DNA of 32,000 nt from the NCBI RefSeq assembly GCF_000021865.1, contig NC_014035.1, forward strand, positions 60,001 to 92,000, read 5' to 3'. The notes beneath the pieces were generated by a model. It was not told where the DNA came from. It saw only the letters and a program-made list of their open reading frames with translations, and did not search any database. Every line of letters begins with the position of its first letter. Position 1 is the first letter of the stretch. The translations under genes were made by a program, and so were the position numbers. This stretch comes from Rhodobacter capsulatus SB 1003. Lineage in GTDB: Bacteria > Pseudomonadota > Alphaproteobacteria > Rhodobacterales > Rhodobacteraceae. Positions 1 to 8,180 of this stretch are shown piece by piece.

Positions 1-1300
1 TGGCCCGGCTGATATTGCACGTCGCATTTGTCGAGGATCGGATCGACCTTTTCGCCCGCGTAAAGCCGCTTGGCCAGATCGATGTTCCATTTCACCACCT
101 GGCTGTCGAGGAAGAGCGAGGTATAGACATTGCCCTTGCCGTCAAAGGCGTTGTGCAGCGGGCCCAGCCCCAGTTCCGGTTCCGCCACCACGACCGAACG
201 CGGATCGACATCCGAGGCAAACAGCGTGTCCAGCTTCGTGACGTCGATCACCGTGACGGTGGGCGAGAGCTTGCCGCCGATGCACAGGTGCACCTTGTCG
301 GGGGCCATGTTGCAGCCATGCGGGTTGTTCGCGACGGGGATGTAGCGGGTGTAGTTCTTGTTCGAGCCCTTGCGGCCGTCGATCACCTTGACGCCGTTGA
401 GCGTTTGATAGTCGCCCGCTTTGATGCCCTTTTCGATCTCGGCGATGTTGAAGACGACGACATGGTCCATGTCCGAGGCGGTCATCTGGGCGGTGTTCAT
501 GCCCATTTCGCTGTTGTAGCTGGTCGAGAACGCCCATTTGCCTTCGTAATCGGCGTCGCAATTGTCGAGGTTGCCGGACACGATCACCTGCCACGCCACA
601 TCCCACTTGTCGGCATCGACCGCGGTGAAGATGTTCACGTAAGTGCCCACGTCGTCCATCGTCGCGCCGTCATTGGCCAGCGGCGTTTCATCCTCGCCGT
701 TGCAGAAGACGTAATTCGAGCGCGGCCATTTCTGCGGCCGCAGCCCGTGGATGGCGTGCGCATTCGGGATTTCGAGGATCGCATCGCATTTCATCACGTC
801 GCAGCGCACCCGGGCGACGCGGGTATTCGACTTGTCATTCATGAACAGGAAGCGGCCGTCATACTTGCCCTCGGTGAAGGACATGTGGACGTGGTGCAGA
901 TCGCCCTGATCGTGGATCTTCTTGCCGTTGGCCGCGAGGAATTTCTTCGTGTGTTCGGTCATCGCGCGCTGATGCACGCGCAGCGACTCATTCGTCTGCC
1001 CCCAGCCGGTGGCCGAGCAGCGGTTGAACACCGGAACCCGCATCAGCTCGCGCATCGAGGGCACGCCGAGAATGCGCATCTCGCCCGACTGGCCCGAGGA
1101 CCAGAAGCCGTAATATTCGTCCAGCTGGCCCGGGGCGACCTCGAAGCCGCCCGTGGCGCCTTCGGCCTGCGCCGCGGTGGCCAGCGTCGCCGCGCCGATC
1201 CCGGTGCCAAGCGCCAGACGGCCGGCAAGCCCGCCCGCCAGCGCCGCGCCGCCCGCGGTGGCGCCCAGAAGCATCCTGCGGCTGATGCCGGATCTGGTTT
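1..1300 (-). CDS. nosZ: Nitrous-oxide reductase NosZ, N-terminal ~433 codons (3' end runs off the left edge)
   Basis: Absent from the ORF track because it is open at the window edge. Reverse complement from the ATG at 1300-1298 reads [17 protein letters not shown] (twin-arginine SRRxLLG signal). The last in-window codons read [19 protein letters not shown], typical of Tat-type NosZ. It lies 28 nt downstream of nosR on the same strand. Confidence 0.9.
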
Positions 1301-1328
1301 CCTCGGTCATGGTCGAACTCCTTTTCGT

Positions 1329-3497
1329 TCAGTGAGGGGTATGGGGATGGTTGCGCAGATCGCGCGGCACCGACGCCGATGTCGGCGCCACGGCGGCGCG
1401 GCGTTTGTCCTGCCGGATCACCACCGGGCAGCGCGCGTGGCTTTGGTAAAGCACCTGGCAATGCAGGCAGGTGACGCATTCGTTCGGGTTGATCTCGCCC
1501 GTGGGGTGGATCGCCTGCACCGGGCAGTCATGCGCGCAGACCTGACAGGGGTTGCCGCAATCGTGGTAGCGCTTGAGCCAGTCGAACATCCGCAGCCGCG
1601 CCGGAATGGCGAGTGCCGCGCCCAGCGGGCAGAGATAGCGGCAATAGAACCGCTCGACAAAAAGCCCGGCCAGCAGCAGCGCGGCGGCATAGGCGACAAA
1701 GGGCCAGGCGCGCACGAATTTCAGGATGATCGCGGTCTTGAAGGGCTCGATTTCCGCCAGATGTTCGGCCTGTTCGATCGAGCCCAGCGAGACCCCGAAC
1801 AGCCCAAGGAAGATCATGTATTTGATCGGCCAAAGCCGTTCATTGAGGCCCCAGGGCAGGGTCCATTGCGGAATGTGCAGGGCGCGGGCGATGCGGTTGG
1901 TGATTTCCTGCAAGGCGCCAAAGGGGCAAAGCCAGCCGCAATAGGCGCCGCGGCCCCAGAACAGCAGCGCGGCGGCGACGGCAAACCACAGGATGAAGGT
2001 CAAGGGATCAAGCAGGAAGGCCTGCCAGCTGAAGGAGGTGGTCAGCGCGCCGAAAAGCGCCATCAGATTGACCACCGAAAGCTGCGCATTGGCGTAAAAG
2101 CCCAGGAACACCAGCGTCACCGTCAGGAAGCTCATGCGGAACCAGAAGAAGGCCCGGGCATTGCGCGTCATCGCGTTCTGGAAAAAGAAGACCAGCGTCA
2201 GAACGGTCAGCATCGCCCCGGTGACGGCGATCTCAAGGCGCTTGCCCGCCCAGATCGACCGCCACAGATCGGCCTGCGCCGCGGTTTCCTCGACCGGGGC
2301 GGGCGCCGCCACGGCCACGGGTTTCAGATAGCCCGCAGGCAGCTGATAGCCCAGATCGAAGGTGGTGAAGACCTTATCCGTCGCCGCCACCGGGCGTTGC
2401 ACCAGAAGCTGCAGCCGGAACGGTTTCGCAGGGTCAAAGCCCAGATCGGCCGGGATCCGGAACAGGTCGGTTTCGGTGAAGCCGGGGGCGCCCTTGGCCT
2501 CAAGCGAGACCAGACGGCGGTGATCGCGGTCATGGAACCGCACCGTCACGTCATCTTGCACCAGCACGATGCGGTCAAAGATGCCGCCGCGGACATAGCC
2601 CGAGCCCTTGAAGGAATAAAGCCCGTTCGCCGCCACGGCCACGGCGGCTTCGCCGGGCTTGAGCCAGGCCTGCAGGTTTGCCGCCTCGGCCGGGCCCAGA
2701 ACCGCCTTGCCGATGCCGGGCACCGAGACCAGCGCCAGATTCAGGTCGATGAAGCTTGTCTGCGGCGGCTCGCGCAGCGCCCGGGCGGCGGCGCGCGGAT
2801 CGGGCAGGGCCGCGAAAGCCTCGTTCACCTGACCGACATCGAGCGACAGCCGCCGCACCGTGCCGTCGCCCAGCATCGACAGCCAGCCTTCGGGGGCAGG
2901 GGCCTCCGGGTTGATCTCGGCCTTCGGGCCACTCGCCACCTCGGCGCTCATGCCACCCAGGCCAAGCGCCCGGGCGACCTTGATCCCCGATCGCAGCATC
3001 GAATCGTCGATCACCATCACCGTGACCGTGGCGCCCGAAATGATCTGCAGATCATGCGCCGTGGCCTTGTCGGCGGCGGCTTTCGGCAGATCGACGCCGA
3101 TATAGGAGCCGACCAGCGCCTTGACCTTGGCCTCGGGGATGCCGACCAGAACGATCGGCTCGGAATGCTTGACCAACTGCGCGCCGATCACCTTGCCCGC
3201 GGGGTCCAGCGCCATCATCACATGGATGGGCTTGCCCGAATAGCCGGTGGTGCCGACGAAATCGGAGGTCACATAGACCCAGCCGAGTTGGGTCTGCCCC
3301 TGCAGCACCGGGGCAACCGCCAGATCCTCGCGCAGGGGGCCGAAACCGTCGGCGCCCGGGACAAGATCTGCGGCCGCGATCTGCGGCAGGTATTTTTCCA
3401 GCACGGTTTCCGCGGCCCGCGCGGGCCCCGACAGCACCGCCAAAAGCCCGAACACCAGCCCGCAGCAAAGGGAAAGGAAAAAGGTCGGTCTGCGCAT
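1329..3497 (-). CDS. nosR: NosR, membrane FMN/Fe-S protein required for N2O reductase expression and activity
   Basis: Track ORF is 1329..3692. I prefer the internal ATG at 3497 (MRRPTFFLSLCCGLVFGLLAV, signal/TM), because the upstream 65 codons are an Arg/Pro-rich shadow. The C-terminal half has TM segments with CPFGALQE and CRYLCPLG motifs. It also has two ferredoxin-type clusters (CGNPCQVCAHDCP, CVTCLHCQ). Confidence 0.9.
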   Translation of the reverse strand: MRRPTFFLSLCCGLVFGLLAVLSGPARAAETVLEKYLPQIAAADLVPGADGFGPLREDLAVAPVLQGQTQLGWVYVTSDFVGTTGYSGKPIHVMMALDPAGKVIGAQLVKHSEPIVLVGIPEAKVKALVGSYIGVDLPKAAADKATAHDLQIISGATVTVMVIDDSMLRSGIKVARALGLGGMSAEVASGPKAEINPEAPAPEGWLSMLGDGTVRRLSLDVGQVNEAFAALPDPRAAARALREPPQTSFIDLNLALVSVPGIGKAVLGPAEAANLQAWLKPGEAAVAVAANGLYSFKGSGYVRGGIFDRIVLVQDDVTVRFHDRDHRRLVSLEAKGAPGFTETDLFRIPADLGFDPAKPFRLQLLVQRPVAATDKVFTTFDLGYQLPAGYLKPVAVAAPAPVEETAAQADLWRSIWAGKRLEIAVTGAMLTVLTLVFFFQNAMTRNARAFFWFRMSFLTVTLVFLGFYANAQLSVVNLMALFGALTTSFSWQAFLLDPLTFILWFAVAAALLFWGRGAYCGWLCPFGALQEITNRIARALHIPQWTLPWGLNERLWPIKYMIFLGLFGVSLGSIEQAEHLAEIEPFKTAIILKFVRAWPFVAYAAALLLAGLFVERFYCRYLCPLGAALAIPARLRMFDWLKRYHDCGNPCQVCAHDCPVQAIHPTGEINPNECVTCLHCQVLYQSHARCPVVIRQDKRRAAVAPTSASVPRDLRNHPHTPH

Positions 3498-3916
3498 CAG
3501 GAAATCATCCGGACAGGGGCCGCGCACGGGGGGCCGCGGGCAGCGGGAACAGGATCGGGCCGCGCGGGCATCTCGGCGCGGGCGGTCATCCAGAGGGGGT
3601 CGAAACGGGTGTCGGCGACCTTTGTCAGCCGGGCCGGAGGCGGCACCAGCGCCCCGGCGGCGGCGGCAAGACAATCGGGGCAGGCGGCGCAATCGGCGGC
3701 GCCGGGCGCCGGGGCGGCATGGCCCTCGGCATCAAGCCAGATCACGTCGCGCGCGCCCGCATCCGAGCAGATTTCCATCGGTTGCAGCCCCGCCTGCGCC
3801 GCGCAGGCCGCCGCCCCCCAGGCGCCCGCCAGCACCAGAGCCAGACAGAGGCTCAGGCGAAGGGCCAGGGCGGCCAGCGGCGTCAGACGCCGCGCAAGGG
3901 GCGCGGTGAAGGTCAT
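3497..3916 (-). CDS. Small secreted Cys-rich protein, DUF2946-like, in the nosC position upstream of nosR
   Basis: 139 aa with a signal-like N-terminus (LAALALRLSLCLALVLAGAWGAAA). It then has EICSDAG, DCAACPDC and a PPP tract, the layout I associate with DUF2946. Its TGA overlaps the nosR ATG (TGATG, 1-nt overlap), suggesting translational coupling. Confidence 0.6.
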   Translation of the reverse strand: MTFTAPLARRLTPLAALALRLSLCLALVLAGAWGAAACAAQAGLQPMEICSDAGARDVIWLDAEGHAAPAPGAADCAACPDCLAAAAGALVPPPARLTKVADTRFDPLWMTARAEMPARPDPVPAARGPPCAAPVRMIS

Positions 3917-3950
3917 GATCTCTCCCTAAGGAGGGATCCTGCCATCGGCC

Positions 3951-3964
3951 TTGATTTAAGTCAT
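3951..3964. promoter_or_regulatory. Candidate FNR/NNR-type box TTGAT-TTAA-GTCAT in the divergent nosC-like/nsrR intergenic region
   Basis: TTGA-N6-TCA core read directly. The centre (3957.5) is 41.5 bp from the ATG at 3916 and about 85 bp from the nsrR start. The TSS is unknown, so the target promoter is unresolved. Confidence 0.3.
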
Positions 3965-4042
3965 GTGGAATATCCTTTTTATCGGATCTCGACCCGGCCG
4001 CGATTTCGCGTCAAGATATGTGCATCCGTTCAGAGGTGGCCC

Positions 4043-4543
4043 TTGCGCCTGACGACCTTCACCGATTACGCCCTGCGCCTGCTGATCTATACCGCCGGCA
4101 AGCCCGAGAGCCGGGTGACCATCGACGAGGTGGCGGAGTGGTTCGCAATCTCGCGGGCGCATGTGAAGAAGGTGGTTCTGACCCTGTCGCGCGGCGGATT
4201 TCTGCTGTCGAGCAAGGGGCGGAACGGCGGTTTCACCCTGGCGCGGCCGCCCGGAGAGATCAATCTGTCAGAGGTGATTCTGGCGACCGAGCCGGATTTC
4301 GGCCTGTTCGAATGCTATCTGACCGGCAATGAATGCCGGATCTCCCGTCCCTGTCGGTTGCCCAATGTCGCCAACGAGGCGCTAGCGGCCTTTCTGGCAG
4401 TGCTGGGCAAATACACCCTGGCCGATGCGATGCTGCGGCCTGCCTATTTCCTGCTGCCCGCCGCGGGCCCGCAACCGCTGCGCGGCCCGAAAAGACCCGC
4501 AACACAGGACGGGCCCGGCTTGAGCCCGGGCAAAGTGTCATAA
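4043..4543 (+). CDS. nsrR: Rrf2-family Fe-S transcriptional repressor, NsrR-like (NO-responsive)
   Basis: In frame with track ORF 3719..4543. I place the start at TTG 4043 (GAGG at 4033-4036), giving (M)RLTTFTDYALRLLIYTAGKPE. This matches the NsrR-type N-terminus FTDYxLRxLIY. The three-Cys cluster is CYLTGNECRISRPC. Divergent from the nos genes. Confidence 0.75.
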   Translation: MRLTTFTDYALRLLIYTAGKPESRVTIDEVAEWFAISRAHVKKVVLTLSRGGFLLSSKGRNGGFTLARPPGEINLSEVILATEPDFGLFECYLTGNECRISRPCRLPNVANEALAAFLAVLGKYTLADAMLRPAYFLLPAAGPQPLRGPKRPATQDGPGLSPGKVS

Positions 4544-4729
4544 GCAATGTTATGTAAAGCTTCGAACGTCCTCCGCGCCGGAACCTTGATCCCGGCCTGA
4601 CCGCCGCGGCGCTGCCGCGGGATCGGCGTCTTCGGTGCAGCATTCTCGCGGCCGCCAGACCACCGAAACGCGGGTTTCGCAAACAGCGTCCAGCCGCCTG
4701 CCTCTTGCGGCGCACTCTTTCATCGCCTA

Positions 4730-4743
4730 TCGTCGATTGACGA
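4730..4743. promoter_or_regulatory. Inverted repeat TCGTC-GATT-GACGA, candidate ArsR operator
   Basis: 5-bp perfect arms. It ends 15 bp upstream of the arsR ATG (4758). Confidence 0.25.
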
Positions 4744-4757
4744 AAAAGGGGCTATAG

Positions 4758-5078
4758 ATGGTTACCGACGACACACTTGCGGAACTGGCGAAATCGCTGG
4801 CGCATCCGGCCCGGCTGCGCATCCTGCGGGTGCTGCTTGCCACGCCGGGCTGCATCGGCGGCGAGATCGTGGAGGCGGTCGGGCTGGCGCAATCTACGGT
4901 GTCGGAACATCTGCGCATCCTGAAGGCGGCCGGGATCATAACCGGCGAAATCGACGGGCCGCGCATCTGCTACGCACTCAGCCCCCCCGCCCTTGCACCT
5001 CTGGGCGCGTTCATTGCCAGCCTGACGCCCCCGCCCGAGGGGGCGTGCTGCCTGCCCGCCGGAAAGGACATTCCATGA
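4758..5078 (+). CDS. arsR: ArsR/SmtB-family metalloregulator with C-terminal vicinal cysteines
   Basis: LAHPARLRILRVLL...STVSEHLRILKAAGII winged-HTH signature. It lacks the CVC motif but has a C-terminal GACCLPAG, reminiscent of the C-terminal As(III) site type. Its stop overlaps the acr3 start (ATGA). Confidence 0.85.
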   Translation: MVTDDTLAELAKSLAHPARLRILRVLLATPGCIGGEIVEAVGLAQSTVSEHLRILKAAGIITGEIDGPRICYALSPPALAPLGAFIASLTPPPEGACCLPAGKDIP

Positions 5079-6121
5079 GCCTCTTTGAACGCTATCTGAC
5101 GCTTTGGGTTGCATTGTGCATCGGTGCGGGGATCGCGCTGGGGCAGATGTTCCCCGCCATCTTTCGCGTGATCGGCGCGACGGAGATCGCCCGCGTCAAC
5201 CTGCCCGTCGCGGTGCTGATCTGGCTGATGATCATTCCGATGCTGCTCAAGATCGACTTCGCCGCGCTGGGTCAGGTGACCCGCCACTGGCGCGGCGTCG
5301 GGGTGACGCTGTTCATCAACTGGGCGGTGAAGCCGTTTTCCATGGCGGCGCTGGGGTGGCTGTTCCTGTCGGTCCTGTTCCGCCCCTTCCTGCCTGCGGA
5401 TCAGATCGAAAGCTACATCGCGGGGCTGATCCTGCTCGCCGCCGCCCCCTGCACGGCGATGGTCTTCGTCTGGTCGAACCTCTCGAACGGCGAGCCGCAT
5501 TTCACGCTGAGCCAGGTGGCGCTGAACGATGCGATCATGGTCGTGGCTTTCGCGCCGATCGTGGCGTTTCTGCTGGGTCTTTCGGCGATCACCGTGCCCT
5601 GGGCGACGCTGGTGCTGTCGGTGGTGCTTTACATCCTTGTGCCGGTGGCGGTGGCGCAATGGATCCGCCGCCGCAAGCTGGCCGAAGGCGGCGAAGCGCT
5701 GCCACGGCTGCTCTCGCGCCTTGGTCCGGTGTCGATCCTTGCGCTGCTCACCACGCTGGTCTTGCTCTTCGGCTTTCAGGGCGAACAGATTCTGGCCCAG
5801 CCCCTGGTGATCGCGCTTCTCGCGGTGCCGATCCTCATTCAGGTCTATTTCAACGCGGCGCTTGCCTATTGGCTCAACCGCGTGACCGGCGAGGCGCATT
5901 GCGTTGCCGCCCCCTCGGCGCTGATCGGGGCGTCGAATTTCTTCGAACTCGCGGTGGCGGCGGCAATCAGCCTGTTCGGCTTCACCTCGGGGGCCGCTTT
6001 GGCCACGGTGGTCGGCGTGCTGATCGAGGTGCCGGTGATGCTCTCGGTGGTGCGGATCGTGGCCCGCACCAAGCCCTGGTATGAAAGCGGCCCCGCCGTG
6101 CGGGCGCGGGCCGGGCATTGA
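5075..6121 (+). CDS. acr3: ACR3-family arsenite efflux permease
   Basis: MSLFERYLTLWVALCIGAGIALG...LLAAAPCTAMVFVWS...IGASNFFELAVAAAISLFG are hallmark ACR3 segments. Start chosen at the ATG at 5075 inside track ORF 5045..6121. Confidence 0.9.
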   Translation: MSLFERYLTLWVALCIGAGIALGQMFPAIFRVIGATEIARVNLPVAVLIWLMIIPMLLKIDFAALGQVTRHWRGVGVTLFINWAVKPFSMAALGWLFLSVLFRPFLPADQIESYIAGLILLAAAPCTAMVFVWSNLSNGEPHFTLSQVALNDAIMVVAFAPIVAFLLGLSAITVPWATLVLSVVLYILVPVAVAQWIRRRKLAEGGEALPRLLSRLGPVSILALLTTLVLLFGFQGEQILAQPLVIALLAVPILIQVYFNAALAYWLNRVTGEAHCVAAPSALIGASNFFELAVAAAISLFGFTSGAALATVVGVLIEVPVMLSVVRIVARTKPWYESGPAVRARAGH

Positions 6122-6123
6122 TC

Positions 6124-6513
6124 TCAGCAGCACGTCCCGGAGCCGCAGCCGCAACCACCCGCGCTGACGGCTGTGGCGCTGCCGGTGACGGGAAAGCCCC
6201 GGGCGACCCAGCGGGCCAGCCCGTGCTTCATGTTCGTCACCTTCGCATAGCCCTGATACATCAGGAAATAGGTGGCCTTGAGGCTGCGATCACCAGTGGC
6301 ACAGGCGAGGATCACCTCGCGGTCGCGCGGGATTTCGGCAAAGCGGGCCTCGAACTGGCTCAGCGGAATCGTCATCACCGCGCAGCCCGCAAAGCCGCAG
6401 GCGGCAACCTCGTCCGCCTCGCGCACATCGACGAGCAGCGCCCCCTCGGCCAGCCGCTTTTGCGCCGTGGTCGGGCAGGCGTCGCGCGCCTCGGGCAGAT
6501 CGACCTGGGTCAT
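6124..6513 (-). CDS. Single-domain rhodanese sulfurtransferase with Cys-rich C-terminal tail
   Basis: Active-site loop ILACATGDRS (C-X4-R, rhodanese type). The last 11 residues are GGCGCGSGTCC. The start is 1 nt after the stop of the upstream thioredoxin-like gene. Confidence 0.8.
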   Translation of the reverse strand: MTQVDLPEARDACPTTAQKRLAEGALLVDVREADEVAACGFAGCAVMTIPLSQFEARFAEIPRDREVILACATGDRSLKATYFLMYQGYAKVTNMKHGLARWVARGFPVTGSATAVSAGGCGCGSGTCC

Positions 6514-6514
6514 C

Positions 6515-6754
6515 TCACGCCTCCTCTTGCAGCCAGACCAGCACCTGATCGCGGCTCGGCACCGCGCCCTTGTGAACGACCTTTTCCCCCACCACCACGG
6601 CAGGCGTCGTCATCACGCCATAGCCGACGATCTGGCGCATCTCCTCGATCTTGACGATCTCGACCGGCTTGCCCGCCTCGGCCGCCACCTGCGCGATCAG
6701 ATCGGCGGTGGCCTTGCACTTGGCGCAGCCCGTGCCCAGCACCTTGATTTCCAT
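6515..6754 (-). CDS. Thioredoxin-fold redox-active disulfide protein (small CxxC protein usually paired with ArsP/DUF318 permeases)
   Basis: 79 aa: MEIKVLGTGCAKCK...VMTTPAVVV. CxxC sits at residues 10-13. Size and motif fit the 'redox-active disulfide protein 2' family. Confidence 0.8.
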   Translation of the reverse strand: MEIKVLGTGCAKCKATADLIAQVAAEAGKPVEIVKIEEMRQIVGYGVMTTPAVVVGEKVVHKGAVPSRDQVLVWLQEEA

Positions 6755-6765
6755 GATTTACCCTT

Positions 6766-7821
6766 TCAGAACAGAAAGTTGAACAGATAGCCCACGGCCA
6801 GGATGCCGCTGCCCACCACCCCCACGAAGACGCCGATCAACCGCAGGCTGAGGACCTGTTTCAGGATGATCATCTCGGGCAGCGAAAGCGCGATCACCGA
6901 CATCATGAAGGCGAGAGCGGTGCCCAAGGCCGCGCCCTTGCCCAAAAGCGCCTCGATGATCGGGATCACGCCGGCGGCATTGGTATACATCGGAATGCCG
7001 ATTGCCACGGCGGCGGGCACCGACCACCAGGCCTCCGCCCCCATGATCCGCGCCATCAGATCCTCGGGCACATAGCCGTGGATCAGCGCCCCCATGCCGA
7101 TCCCGGCAAGGATCCAGATCCAGACCCGACCGACGATCTCGCGCAGCGCCGCAAGGCCCAGGCGGTAGCGGTCCACCATGGTCAGCCGGTCGCCCTCGAA
7201 GGCCGCGGGGGCGCTGGCGCCGGAATGAATGTCGCGCACCCAATCCTGCAACCAGCTCTCCAGATGCAGCCGCCCGATCACCCAGCCCGAGACGATGGCG
7301 ACGGCGAGCCCGAAGAAGAAATAGACCGCCGCCACCTGCCAGCCGACGAGACCGAAGAGCAGCACCAGCGCCACCTCATTCACCATCGGCGCCGAGATCA
7401 GGAAGGAAAAAGTGACCCCCAAAGGCACCCCCGCCGAGACAAGCCCGATGAAGAGCGGCACCGCCGAGCAGGAGCAAAACGGTGTCACCACGCCCAGGGC
7501 CGCGGCCATGACATTGCCCACCCCCTCGCGCCGCCCGGCCAGCAGGGCGCGGGTGCGCTCGGGCGAGAACCAGCTGCGCAGCAAGCCCATCAAGAACACG
7601 ATGAGCGAAAGCAGCATCAGCACCTTGGGCAGATCGTAAAGGAAAAACGCGATGGCCTCGCCGGTGCGGCTGTGACGATCAATGGGCAAGAGCGCGGTCA
7701 GCGCCTCGGCGGCGGGGGAGAGTTGGCGGTAGACCAGCGCCCAGAAGATCAACGCCAGCGCAAGGCCAAGGTGCCAGGCCCAGGCAGGGGCGGGGCGTGT
7801 CGAAAGCGTTTGATCGCTCAT
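6766..7821 (-). CDS. ArsP-like / DUF318 family permease
   Basis: Polytopic membrane protein with the VVTPFCSCSAVPLF motif characteristic of this permease family. Start set at the ATG at 7821 (MSDQTLSTRPAPAWAW), which overlaps the stop of the upstream arsR (ATGA). Confidence 0.8.
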   Translation of the reverse strand: MSDQTLSTRPAPAWAWHLGLALALIFWALVYRQLSPAAEALTALLPIDRHSRTGEAIAFFLYDLPKVLMLLSLIVFLMGLLRSWFSPERTRALLAGRREGVGNVMAAALGVVTPFCSCSAVPLFIGLVSAGVPLGVTFSFLISAPMVNEVALVLLFGLVGWQVAAVYFFFGLAVAIVSGWVIGRLHLESWLQDWVRDIHSGASAPAAFEGDRLTMVDRYRLGLAALREIVGRVWIWILAGIGMGALIHGYVPEDLMARIMGAEAWWSVPAAVAIGIPMYTNAAGVIPIIEALLGKGAALGTALAFMMSVIALSLPEMIILKQVLSLRLIGVFVGVVGSGILAVGYLFNFLF

Positions 7822-8108
7822 GCGGCGCTCCTTTCCGCGGTGGCGGCGGCGGCGAGAACGGCGGTCAGCACGGCGCGGATCTCGGGCGGCATCTCCGGGT
7901 TCAGCCGATAGCGCACCCATTGCGCGTCGCGCCGGTCCACCACCAGCCCCGCCTGTTTCAGCGCCTGCATGTGCCGTGACATCCGGCTTTGCGTGGCATC
8001 AAGCGCCGCCATCAACTCGCAGACGCAATGCTCGCGCCCGTCCGCAAGACGGATCATCGCCGCCAACCGGGTCGGCTCGGCCAAGGCCGTCAGAACGGAA
8101 AGAATCAT
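7818..8108 (-). CDS. arsR: ArsR-family As(III)-responsive repressor (canonical CVC type)
   Basis: MILSVLTALAEPTRLAAMIRLADGREHCVCELMAALDATQSRMSRHMQALKQAGLV contains the (E)xCVC(E/D)L As(III)-binding motif. Start at the ATG at 8108, preceded by a GAGGTG Shine-Dalgarno. Confidence 0.85.
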   Translation of the reverse strand: MILSVLTALAEPTRLAAMIRLADGREHCVCELMAALDATQSRMSRHMQALKQAGLVVDRRDAQWVRYRLNPEMPPEIRAVLTAVLAAAATAERSAA

Positions 8109-8145
8109 CGGACACCTCTTGCGCTTTCGCGCATATTCGCCCTGG

Positions 8146-8180
8146 CGCATGCCATGCGTCAAGGCGCATATGGATGCGCC
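8146..8180. promoter_or_regulatory. Two palindromes with a GCGCAT core in the arsJ-arsR intergenic region (terminator and/or operator candidates)
   Basis: CGCATG-C-CATGCG lies at 8146-8158. GGCGCAT-ATGG-ATGCGCC lies at 8163-8180, abutting the arsJ stop. A third, TGCGC-TTTC-GCGCA, lies at 8120-8133. Confidence 0.3.

Noticed and set aside
15-3929. 1304-aa plus-strand ORF, the longest in the track
   Set aside because: It lies antisense to nosZ, nosR and the DUF2946-like gene, all of which have clear family motifs on the minus strand. Its translation is Arg/Gly/Ala/His-rich low complexity with no recognisable motif. This is a typical high-GC shadow ORF.
4002-4020. AAGATATGTGCATCC as an NsrR-type operator (resembles the enterobacterial AAGATGC half-site)
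   Set aside because: Only the outer three bases of each side are symmetric. The resemblance rests on one half-site, and the alphaproteobacterial motif is not known to me.
4604-4620. Hairpin CCGCGGC-GCT-GCCGCGG about 60 nt after nsrR as an intrinsic terminator
   Set aside because: It has a perfect 7-bp GC stem but no downstream U-tract. It cannot be told apart from a chance GC-rich palindrome.
4970-6154. 394-aa minus-strand ORF opposite acr3, and the 326-aa ORF 5104..6084 in another plus frame
   Set aside because: They are Arg/Asp/His/Gly-rich with no TM segments or motifs. The ACR3 frame explains the region completely.
6124-6513. Rhodanese as an Acr2/Cdc25-type arsenate reductase
   Set aside because: The active-site loop is C-A-T-G-D-R (C-X4-R, sulfurtransferase type), not the C-X5-R loop of rhodanese-fold arsenate reductases. 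I therefore call it a sulfurtransferase only.
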